Assembly (NCBI RefSeq): GCF_006345805.1
Contig: NC_042997.1
Coordinates: forward strand, 111,104,001-111,168,000
DNA from: Octopus sinensis
Taxonomy: Eukaryota
Direction of reading: 5' to 3'
DNA length: 64,000 bases
Every line of letters starts with the position of its first letter. Position 1 is the first letter of the stretch. Positions 53,686 to 64,000 of the stretch are shown one piece after another. Made by a program: the position numbers and the translations under genes. Below the pieces are notes generated by a model, which saw only the letters and a program-made list of their open reading frames with translations, searched no databases and had not been told where the DNA came from.

Positions 53686-54230
53686 GCCAACTAAATGTGG
53701 CTAGCTTTTAAGGGTTGATGCTACTGTAGCTTGTAGCCCCAGAATACATCTCCTCCAGCTGGCTGTTGACACACTCTCTGTGCCCTATCAGTATTTGCAA
53801 AGGGAAGTCATTGTACCCATCTCTAGCCTGATGTGATACACACGGACCCAAGTTTCTGGGTATTGACCCATCATCAGGGTGTGACAACCACCGGTTGGCA
53901 ATGGGAAATGGTTCTCAATGCAAATATATATATATATATATACGTTTTCCAGTGATGGGTAAATACTCAGAAACTTGGGTCCATGTGTATCACATCAGGC
54001 TGGAGATGGGAACGATGACTTCCCTTTGCAAATACTGATAGGGTACAGATAGTGTGTCAATAGCCAGCAGGAAGAGATGTCTTCCTGAGGCTACAAGCTA
54101 CAGTAGCATTGACTCTTAAGGGCTAGCCACATTTAGTTGGCAAATATGCACGATATATAAATGTTGTCCCTTTTTTCTATCACCTAACTGTCTGGATGTT
54201 TTGTGTTCTTGTCCCATTTTTGTATTATAT
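53686..54230. mobile_element. PLE-type terminus as a divergent inverted repeat (arms 53686-53873 and 53953-54141)
   Basis: About 188-bp reverse-complement arms; the right arm continues into a PLE-like tail. Confidence 0.8.
53839..53883 (-). ncRNA. Minimal type I hammerhead ribozyme motif, intact core
   Basis: cacac c-CTGATGA-tgggt(caat)accca-GAAAC ttgg GTC-c gtgtg. Confidence 0.75.
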
Positions 54231-54234
54231 ATAT

Positions 54235-54276
<42 letters not shown>

Positions 54277-54463
54277 TAGATAGATAGATAGATAGATATA
54301 TTATATATATCATATGTATTATATATATGTGTGTGTGTATGCATGCATATATCATCATCATCATCATTTAACGTCCGTTTTCCATATATATATATGTATG
54401 CATATATATATATTATTTATATTATTATATATATACATATATATATATTATTTATTTATTTAA

Positions 54464-54696
54464 AGGCACAATGCATGTATTAGAGTGCTACTAATAGCTT
54501 CATATGTTGAGAAAACTCAAACATATTCTTCAGGTGCAAACCACATATGATAACAAACTAAAGAGATTGAATAATAGAAGAAACATGATAAAATTGAGAA
54601 GGCAGCATATAGAAAAGGTTTGTGCTTGAAGAATACATTTGAGTGTTCTCAACATATGAAACTATCAGAAGCATTTTAATACATGTATTGTGACCT
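54464..54696. mobile_element. MITE with ~80-bp TIRs, TTAA TSD and AGG..CCT ends (Kolobok-like)
   Basis: ttaa-aggcacaatgcatgtatt...gcaaacc versus ggtttgtgc...aatacatgtattgtgacct-ttaa. Confidence 0.75.
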
Positions 54697-54984
54697 TTAA
54701 ATAATTAATATTTATCTCTCACCAGATTGATTCCTTTTTTTATTGAATTTTCTATCACGGATCACTGCATTATATATATATATATATATATAAATTAACA
54801 GAATGAGATAAAAAATCCAAGGCTGTGAAAGATTTTAGAACATTTAAAAATAGAAGGTCTTACAGCTGTTTCCAGGATATTTCATATATCCCTTCATTGT
54901 AGATGGTGTGAGAAAAGCATTACCTGACACCTTTGGGTCTTCTTGATACCATTACCTCTCATAACCTATATATATATATATATA

Positions 54985-55877
54985 TTGTGTCATCCCATAA
55001 ATAATGCGATTTTTTTCAATTGCATGAAATAAAAGTCGGAGGGGACAGGATAACCTACCTGCATCAACTTGCTATAAAAGCAGGTAGTAATTTTACCGTC
55101 CTTATTCTTAGTGCAAGTTTTGAAATACAGTTATTTTTTTCAAAGCTATAATGGAAGTGACAAAGGAGCATATTTGGCATATTTTGCTTTATGAGTTCAA
55201 TAAAGGCAACAATGCAGTGGAAGTGCAAGGAATATTAATGCAGTATATGAGGATTGGACAATAAGTGTAAGCCAGTGTCAACAGTGGTTCCAGAAATTCC
55301 AAGCCGGAAACTACAGCCTAGAAGACGATTCACGTTCTGGAAGATCTGTAGAGCTCAACGAGGACTTCCTGCAAACCCTGGTGGAACAAAATCCCATCGT
55401 AACTGTTGAGGAACTAGCAGAGAAGTTTGGATCTGGTCATTCAACTAGTCATTCAAATCAACGTTAGAAGAAAAACGACTATCTTTGGTTTTGAGACGAA
55501 AGGTGTTCTTCCATCAGGATAATGCTCAGCCACATGCAGCAAAGATGACATTCCAAAGTCTGGAGCATTTGAACAGGAAACAATGCCCCACCCACCATAT
55601 TCACTGGACACTGCCCCATCTGATTATCATTTATTCCGCAGTCTTCAAAATCATTTGGACAGAAAAAATATGAATTCTGTAGACGAGGTCAGAATAGTAC
55701 TAGAGGAGTATTTTTCATCACAGACAAGTGAATTTTGAAAGAGGGGCCTCGCAAGAATACCAGATAGATGGAAGAGCATTGTAGAAAATGAAGGAAAGTA
55801 TATTTTAGATTAGAAAAAGAACTTTATTTTAATTCTGAAAAATAAAAGAAGTATTAAAAAACCGCATTATTTATGGG

Positions 55878-55884
<7 letters not shown>
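54985..55884 (+). mobile_element. Internally deleted mariner with both TIRs
   Basis: TIR cccataaataatgcg(a/g)tttttt at both ends; MEVTKEHI start, FHQDNAQPH, APSDYHLF. Confidence 0.9.
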
Positions 55885-55916
<32 letters not shown>

Positions 55917-56135
55917 TACATACATACATACATTCACCTTACCCTAATTAAATTATTCTAAATGATTTGAGATACTTGTTCTGCTTTGGTTTAGATTTTT
56001 CCTCTAATATAACATATCCTTGCTATAACGGAACCCTAGATTTAGCCTTAGCTGTGATCTCAGAACCTAATGGTCAACCAACTTGCTCACCGTACCTATT
56101 CGTTTAGATCACAAGAGAACTAAACCTCTCATATT

Positions 56136-56187
<52 letters not shown>

Positions 56188-56188
<1 letters not shown>

Positions 56189-56450
56189 GAGGAGCAATGG
56201 TCCAGTGGTTAGGGCAGCAGACTCGTGGTCGTAGGATCGCGGTTTTGATTCCTAGACCGGGCATTGTGAGTGTTTATTGAGTGAAAACACCTAAAGTGTA
56301 CTCTTTCGCCGCAACTTTCTCTCAAAATTTCTTCTGTTGGCCTGCTCGCTTAGCCAGCAGGGTGGCGTCATTCGAAGGCTAAAACAATGCAAACGCATTG
56401 TGACCAGCAATGTATAGCAACATCTGATAGCCTGGTCGGTCACGGTGATA
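56188..56450 (+). mobile_element. tRNA-derived SINE family D
   Basis: tggtccagtgg A-box, ggttttgattcc B-box; tail shared with 28689-28958. Confidence 0.75.
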
Positions 56451-56615
56451 TATATATATATACATATTTAAGTTACAATATATCGATTCAAGTAATCCGG
56501 TATTACTCATAAAAAAGCTCCTTAATTTATCATTGTCCAAACCATATAGAATATGTCGTAATATACAAGAGGAAAGGATAAGGAGTGTATAAAGTCGTAA
56601 ATGTCAAAGAAATAT

Positions 56616-56924
56616 TTTGATGAAATTTTATTTAACAAAAATAAAATTCAAATATTATGACTAATTGTTTCATAACTTACATTTGCGTTCTTTGTAATGT
56701 TATGTTGAGAATTTAGTATTTAACAAAGATTTTCTTTCACCTGAGGACACAGCTTAAATTCTGCATAATTTTCAATGATTTTTTTTTTTTTTGCATTTTA
56801 AATTAATGCAGACATTTAAGTTATTTATTATTAAATATAATGATATAAATTATTTACATGTTTTAAGTTACGAAACAATTTGTCATATTTAAATTTTCTT
56901 ACTGTGAAATAAAATTTCATCAAA
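56616..56924. mobile_element. AT-rich MITE-like element with imperfect TIRs
   Basis: tttgatgaaattttattt versus aaataaaatttcatcaaa, and tatgactaattgtttcataact versus agttacgaaacaatttgtcata. Confidence 0.55.
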
Positions 56925-57073
56925 CTATTTGTCGCACAGAATTGCAAAGATAATCTAGAACTTGACTGAAGAAAGAAAACTCCGAATGACCTGTCCTTGT
57001 TTTTTTGTATCGTCTGGATGTTTTTCGTTCTTGTCCCATTTTTGTTATTCCTTTATATATATATATATATATA

Positions 57074-58738
57074 TCAACCTAGCCAAAACCAAAGTCCTAA
57101 TAAGTAGGAAGGTAGACCAATCACAAACGCCTTCAGGTAGATGGCCCTGCTCGATCTGTAGAAAAGGTGTAGGTAGAAACTCTATAAGATGCACCAAGTG
57201 TAAGCTATGGACACATAAGAGGTGCAGCAATGTCAAAGGAAGGCTAACTAGGAAGATGGTTTTTGTATGTGGCAGATGCTCAGGAACAATTAACACTGAA
57301 GATGCTCTGAGACCAACTTCCGTCACTTTCCAGGGAGAAAAGCTAGAAGTAGTTGATAGTTTCCGTTACCTAGGTGACCAAGTCAGTAGCGGGGGCGGGT
57401 GCGCTGAGAGTATAACTGCTAGAGTAAGAATAGCCTGGGCAAAGTTTAGAGAGCTCTTACCTCTGCTGGTGACAAAAGGCCTCTCGCTCAAAGTAAAAGG
57501 CAGACTGTATGATGCATGTGTACGTACAGCCATGCTACATGGTAGTGAAACTTGGGCTGTGACTGCTGAGGATTTGCGTAAGCTCGCAAGAAATGAAGCT
57601 AGTATGCTCCGATGGATGTGTAACGTCAGTGTTCATAATCGACAGAGTGTAAGTACCTTGAGAGAAAAGTTGTACCTAAGAAGTATCAGTTGTTGTGTGC
57701 AAGAGAGACGTATGCGCTGGTATGGTCATGTGATGAGAATGGCTGAAGATAGTTGTGTGCGAAAGTGCCACACCCTGGCAGTTGAGGGGACCTGTGGAAG
57801 AGGTAGACCCAGGAAAACCTGGGTCGAGGCGGTGAAGCACGACCTTCGAACTTTAGGTCTCACCAAGGAAATGACCAGTGACCGAGACCTTTGGAAATAT
57901 GCTGTGCGTGAGAAAACCCGGCAAGACCAGTGAGAACAGTCAAAATCAAGATCAAACCAAATTGAGGTCGATCAACATCAGGGCCCCCATGCAGGTGACA
58001 CGTAAAAGTACCATCCGTTCGTAGCCGTTCGCCAGCCCTGTCTGGCCCCCGTGTAGGTGGCACGTAAAAGCACCATCCGTTCGTGTTCGTTGCCAGCCTG
58101 GCCTGGCCCCCGTGCCGGTGACACGTAAAAGTACCATCCGTTTGTGGCCGTTTGCCAGCTCTGTCTGGCCCCCGTGCCGGTGACACGTAAAAGCACCATC
58201 CGTTCGTGGTCGTTTGCCAGCTCTGTCTGGCCCCCGTGCCGGTGACACATAAAAGCACCATCCGTTCGTGGCCGTTTGCCAGCCCTGTCTGGCCCCCATG
58301 TCGGTGGCATGTAAAAGCACCATCCGTTCGTGCCCGTTGCCAGCCTCGCCTGGCCCCCGTGCCGGTGACACGTAAAAGCACCATCCGTTTCATGGCCGTT
58401 TGCCAGCTCTGTCTGGCCCCCGTGTTGGTGGCACGTAAAAGCACCATACGTTCGTGTCCGTTGCCAGCCTCGCCTGGCCCCGTGCCGGTGACACGTAAAA
58501 GCACCATCCGTTCGTGGCCGTTTGCCAGCTCTGTCTGGCACCTGTGCAGGTGGCACGTAAAAAGCACCCACTACACTCACGGAGTGGTTGGCGTTAGGAA
58601 GGGCATCCAGCCGTAGAAACACTGCCAGATCTGACTGGGCCTGATGAAGCCTTCCAGCTTCACAGACCCCAGTTGAACCGTCCAACCCATGCTAGCATGG
58701 AGAACGGACGCTAAATAATGATGATGATGATGATGATG

Positions 58739-58740
<2 letters not shown>
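57074..58740 (+). mobile_element. RTE LINE 3' part with a tandem array in the 3' UTR
   Basis: Open frame to GRGRPRKTW...REKTRQDQ*; (GAT)n tail. Confidence 0.95.
57982..58565 (+). repeat. ~60-bp minisatellite, about 9-10 units, inside the RTE 3' UTR
   Basis: Unit ggcccccgtgccggtgacacgtaaaagcaccatccgttcgtggccgtttgccagctctgtct. Confidence 0.9.
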
Positions 58741-58779
<39 letters not shown>

Positions 58780-59259
58780 AATCAAGGAACGGCCATAATA
58801 GGCCATTCACCCACTAGAAATAACAGCCAAAGCTTCAACCGCAAAATAACATTAATTCCGCAAACCAGGAGAAAATTAAAAAAACATTTACCCTGTAATT
58901 TCTTATACGATGCACCGCTTCATCTATTGTTTAATGGTAAACTAACCTGATTAAATTAAATCAAGCCAATCTTCCATAGGCCGATAGATTCGTCAGTAAG
59001 AAAACACCCAGATCGGAACAGATATTTTCACGAGGCACTTCTCTCCCTGCCTCGGCAATATCTGACCTAAAATTTTCAAATCATCGCACTCGCGCCAAAT
59101 TTATCGGCAGCAAATAAATATAAGCCGCCGATTCCATTACGGAATTAACCAGAAAATTCATAATTAATCAATATAGGGTGGCAAAAAATTTTGTAGAATT
59201 TTTTTTGCCACCAGCGGCCTAGTGGGAAAAAATTTAAATAGTCATAGACCATTTATAAG

Positions 59260-59297
<38 letters not shown>

Positions 59298-59319
59298 TAT
59301 ATACATACATATATATGTA

Positions 59320-59958
59320 TACTAGCAGTATCGCCCGGCGTTGCTCGGGTTGTAAGGGAAATAACTATATAAGCATTTTTAGAGAGTTATAGCCAAAAAA
59401 TAGCAAAAAATGCATTAAAATGGAAAAAATATGATGGTAAATTTTTTTAAAAATCGTTGACTCATCGTAGACATTTTTAGAGAGTTACTTCCCTTATATA
59501 ATAGCGAAAAAATGCATTAAAATGGAAAAAAAACGATGGTAAATTTTTTTTTAAATCGTAGACTCATGTAGACGCTTTCTTAGCCATTTCTGTTTTGGTG
59601 TCTTCAAGCCATGAAGTCGTTGTTCTAAAAGAACACTGGTCTCCTTGACAATGCATTACGACGTTGATTTCCTTACACTCCCTTCCCCACAGGTGCAGGT
59701 GTGAGCGTGGACGAAATCTCCCCGTGCCATCGACACACGAAAAATTATGCATTAAAATGGAATAAAAAATGATGTTAAATTATTTTTAAAATCGTAGACT
59801 CATCGTAGACGCGCGCTAATATTCAGACGGGCTCGATATGAATCACGACTATAAGCTACCCGAATTTGGTTAAACTGTACCGCAAAATGTGGGAGTAGTT
59901 AGGAATCTAAATCGAAGGGGACAGACACTCACACAACTACAGTTTTATATATATAGAT
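59320..59958 (+). mobile_element. Non-autonomous Helitron/Helentron-like (DINE-1/HINE-type) element
   Basis: 5' actagcagtatcgcccggcgttgctcggg, internal ~110-bp repeats, gacagacac motif, 3' ttttatatatatagat. Confidence 0.7.
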
Positions 59959-59999
59959 ATACATAGCGCAGTAGTGGTGAGATATGACAGCAAAGAAAA

Positions 60000-60320
60000 G
60001 CATACATTCACTCTCTGCATGCAATTAGACTCGGAAAGTTCGTGAGGAACCCATTGACCCAATTTGCTGACTTTTCCGATAGCACACAGGTGTCAATGAA
60101 TGGTTGAATGACCAAATCCAAGCTCAACAGTTACGATGATATTTTGTTCCATTAGGGTTTTCAGAATGTCCTTGTCGAGTTCTACAGATCTTTCAGGATG
60201 AGGCTCGTCTTCTAGGCTGTAGTTTATGGCTCGGGATTTCTGGAACCACCATTGACACTGCTTTACGCTTATTGTCCAATCCCCATATACTGCATTAATA
60301 TTTCTTGTACTTTGCACACA
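60000..60320 (-). mobile_element. Mariner fragment, same family as 54985-55884
   Basis: RNINAVYGDWTISVKQCQWWFQK...GHSTIH..KLGQWVPHEL. Confidence 0.85.
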
Positions 60321-60719
60321 TTTATATTCTGTTATTCTTTTATATGTTTCAGCCTTGAGGTTGTGGCCATGCTGGATCATGTGTGTGTGTGGTGTGTGTG
60401 TGTGTGTGTGTGTGTCTATCTGTCTGTCTGTCTGTATGTATATATGTATATGTATGTGTGTGAACAATAATATTTTCAACAGATGTGTTGCAAATGTATG
60501 TGATTGTTCTCAAGCTTCAATACTGTGTGTGTGTGTATGTGTGTGTGTATGTATGTATGTATATGTATGTATGTATATGTATGTATGTATGTATGTATGT
60601 GTGTGTGTATGTATGTGTGTGTATGTGTGTGTGTGTGTATGTGTGTGTGTATGTATGTATGTATGTATGTATGTATGTATGTATGTATGTATGTATGTAT
60701 GTATGTATGTATGACTGTA

Positions 60720-61138
60720 TGTTTACTTTATTACTAATTACTCTCTTCCAAGAACATTTTCACTCACTCTTAGCTCTTAGCTTCCCATACATTTTACTCA
60801 TGTATCTATCAGCGTCATAGACAGAATACTTTCACTTTAGTCTTCCTCAAATCACTCTGTCGCTATTTACTTTCATTTTATTCGTTGCCCACTGTGTGTG
60901 TGCGTTTGCGTGTGGTGTAAACCAGACTAAGAAAAGCATTTGACACACACACCAGAATGTGAGTTTTCTGTAAATTTTGCTTAATTGGAGTTTAAATTTT
61001 AAAAATTGGACCTGGCATGACGCGATGCATTGTACTCTCAAAAATGCTAGGTAAATTGTAATTGAAGAAATCCTATATTGTAGATTTGTATAACTCCCAA
61101 AGGGAGGCAGATAAAATCTGCCTTTTATAATAAGAGAT
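60720..61138 (+). mobile_element. Helitron-like element with 3' hairpin
   Basis: ggcagat-aaa-atctgcc hairpin at 61106-61122 followed by ttttataataagagat; 5' boundary uncertain. Confidence 0.45.
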
Positions 61139-61143
61139 ATACA

Positions 61144-61665
61144 TAGGTGCAAGAGTGGCTGTGTGGTAAGTAGCTTGTCTACCAACCACATGGTTCCGGG
61201 TTCAGTCCCACTGCGTGGGACCTTGGGGAAGTATCTTCTACTATAGCTTCGGGCTGCACTGCATGGGACCTTGGGGAAGTGTCTTCTACTATAGCCTCGG
61301 GCCGACCAAAGCCTTGTGAGTGGATTTGGTAGATGGAAAACTGAAAGAAGCCCGTCGTATATATGTATATATATATATGTGTGTGCGTGTGTGTTTGTGT
61401 GTCTGTGTTTGTCCCCCTAGCATTGCTTGACAACCGATGCTGGTGTGTTTGTGTGTCTGTGTTTGTCCCCCTAGCATTGCTTGACAACCGATGCTGGTGT
61501 GTTTATGTCCCCGTTACTTAGCGGTTCGGCAAAAGAGACCGATAGAATAATTACTGGGCTTACAAAAGAATAAATCCCGGGGTCGAGTTGCTCGATTAAA
61601 GGTGGTGCTCCAGCATGGCCGCAGTCAACTGACTGAAACAAGAGTAAAAGAGTAAAAGAGTAAAG
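61144..61665 (+). mobile_element. SINE family A with two internal direct duplications
   Basis: About 47-bp and 54-bp segments are each repeated in tandem. Confidence 0.9.
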
Positions 61666-62969
61666 AGTATACATGCATATATGGGTATAGGACATAAAAA
61701 AAATGTGAACAAAATGAAAAACGAGAACATAGAGAAACAACAAAAACATGAAAAACAAACTTTTTTCGGACAACAAAAGAAACAAATAGAGAAATGAGAC
61801 AGGCAACATAAAGAGCAATCCCTTCATTAGTTATCCCCTATTTTATCTACTCTGCGTTTCGAAGGTTAGGACCAGATGCGACTTCGTTAAAACAGTCCTT
61901 CCCGCAAAGCAAATTAAGTAAAATTTAGGATTTTTGCAGAGGGTTAGAGTGGTAACAAAAACAGGACAATAAGAACAAAACAGTAAAAACAAAGAGTGAG
62001 GGCTGTTAAACCATAACGAGGTGAAGTGGTGAACGCTGGAGAAAGGATTTATGACAAGAGACAGGCTATAGTAGGTCTTATCTCTTGTAAAGCAGGAGAA
62101 AAAAGAACAATAGCCGCTGGTCACGTGTGAGCAACGAGAGAGTCAAGGAGGGAGAGAGAGGGAGAGAAAGAGAATGGTGAAGGGGGAAGAGAAGAAAAAC
62201 AGAAAGAAAGAAGAATAGGCGAAGGGAGAATAGAGAGTGTAGAGTGCGCATCTGAATTATTAAGACAAAACTTACTTGGAAATGGATGCGCAGTGTTCAA
62301 TCATATAATAATATAAATAATATAAATTATATATATATATATGCCAGTAGATTAAAAGGCACCTTACTATTTGGTCCACAACAGTTCGTTTCAATATATT
62401 AATTATTCTTTATGAAAAAATTTTATTGTTTTTGTTCACTTAATTTAGAATTATTTCTAATCTGCAAGGACATTTTCTTCAGTTTTTCCCCTTGCAGGTC
62501 ATGCTGTAGCTGCCGATCAGAGGCTAGGACTTCCTTCAAAGGTTTCAGATGACCTTTCCAATTCCCATGTTTTGCTTTGTCTTTATTTCGTCATTCTGTT
62601 GAATGGGGTCATGCTGTTTTTATCACCTTCAGTAATTATTTTTAATTACTTCAACAGATTTGTCGTAGATAGCGTTCATCGAATTTGAACTTTGAACGTT
62701 TAAGTTTAAAAGTCAAAACTACTGGCAAAAAAACAATGCGATAGTCGTGAGAGTGTTTGCTGGTTTGAGATGATGACTAGTTGAGCTGACGAACGAAAAT
62801 GTGTTTGTTGGGCTACATATAGAAGTAACTGGACAAAAATCCATGAACAGAGGATTTTATTACTGCACAAAAAGATAAACTGCATTGGCCTTTTACAGAT
62901 AACAACAACAATTTCGTTTTTCAATTTGGTTTGTAAGATTCTTTATGTAAGTTTGTGTGTTGAAGCATA

Positions 62970-63198
62970 TTCTGTTGTGTCTGGGGAGAGTCATTCTCTT
63001 TTGGTGCCTTATAATTTAACACACTCACCAGTAAAATTTCTACTTATTTCTTTTTTATTTTCCTAAAATTTTCGTTGCGTCTTGCAACCTTTTCAATAGT
63101 TTTGAAGAATAAAAAAACAAATAAGTGGAAATTTTACTGGTGGGTGTGTTAAATTATAAGGCACCAAAAGAGAATGTCTCTCCCCAGACACAACAGAA
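62970..63198. repeat. Inverted repeat, ~80-90-bp arms, probably a retroelement terminus
   Basis: ttctgttgtgtctggggagag...cttattt versus aaataag...ctctccccagacacaacagaa. Confidence 0.8.
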
Positions 63199-64000
63199 CA
63201 ATAATAATCATATACTGGGAAAGATATACTGCTTGAGGTTTACACCAAGCAACACCCAGCTTATTCAACATAGCTGGAAACAACTGTGCTATATTCGTGG
63301 CAATGGAGATTCCTGTCATCGATCTGCCATGTGTCTTAACCAACTTCCTGAGTCATCTGGCTGTGGTAAGAATGGAGACACATTTCACACAGCTGCCTCA
63401 ACATTCTGTCTGGCAAGAGATGAGACATGTGAATGAGTCGGCCACTCCCAACACTCTGCAAAGAGTTTAGGCACCAAAAGCAGCTCTAGTATAAGTAGAA
63501 GTTTCTAGAAGATTGGATCACGAGATGGATTGATGTTGATTGGTAGCTTAAGAGACCAATCACTTGAAAATACTGTGGTTCAGTTGTGATCCATGACCGA
63601 TTACCTAACAGTTTGGTTTTGAGTCATCGCAAGACTATATCTGATAATGTCGCCAAGAGATATTGCCACAAAGGATAAATAATACTACACTTTTATACTT
63701 CATTTGGCAAAACCTGATTCAAATGTTGGCACATGGGGAGCAAGTACAAGGAAGGGGTGAGGCAATCACATCAATCCTGGTGCTTAAATGGTACTTATTT
63801 TTATTGATCCCCAGTACAATGAAAAGCAAAACTGACCTCAGCGGAATTTGAACTCAGAACATAAGGAAGGATGAAATTGTATTATATATAAGTAGATAGT
63901 ATCTTTTAGTAGGTCAGTTTCTTTACTTGTTGTTATTTAGGGTAATTCTTGTTTTTATGTGGCTGATTTTCTGTTTCAGTTCTTTCTGCAATTCGTTGGT

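Noticed and set aside
57982-58565. CRISPR-like array
   Set aside because: Units are contiguous with no unique spacers, lie in a LINE UTR, and no cas genes are present.
57860-58685. 235-aa repetitive minus-strand ORFs
   Set aside because: Antisense translation of the RTE 3' UTR minisatellite.
61850-61895. Minus-strand ttaacgaag...cttcGAAACGC hammerhead-like motif
   Set aside because: The core reads TTAACGA and helix I and III cannot be paired convincingly.
62473-62690. Strong plus-strand acceptor followed by an open frame (HAVAADQRLGLPSK...)
   Set aside because: No donor or homology; it lies next to repeat-like sequence and cannot be supported without transcripts.

Overview
Repeat-dominated, microsatellite-rich animal DNA. 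It is most likely octopus (inferred from remembered SINE/LINE families, not verified) and probably intronic or intergenic. No complete host gene can be supported; only a few weak candidate exons. All long ORFs are transposon-derived: a Penelope-like (PLE) RT fragment, four RTE-clade LINE bodies plus many RTE 3' tails, R4/Dong-type RT+RLE LINEs sitting in (TAA)n tracts, four mariner remnants, several MITEs, Helitron-like elements, and about 20 tRNA-derived SINE copies. The main signal is non-coding: about six sequence-unrelated families of PLE-type termini carry minimal type-I hammerhead ribozyme (HHR) motifs. Three have an intact catalytic core (5233-5304 +, 52553-52613 -, 53839-53883 -), and most lie in divergent inverted-repeat pairs. 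One family is a head-to-head palindromic element built from a tRNA-like Pol III head, a (TAA)n linker, a hammerhead and a PLE-like tail. It occurs twice with 13-14 bp target-site duplications (7685-8663; 33993-41506). In both copies one arm has the same 10-nt ribozyme-killing deletion, and in the second copy the (TAA)n linker has collected a 7-kb nested array of (TAA)n-bounded LINEs. All structures were folded and aligned by eye; boundaries may be off by a few to tens of bases.
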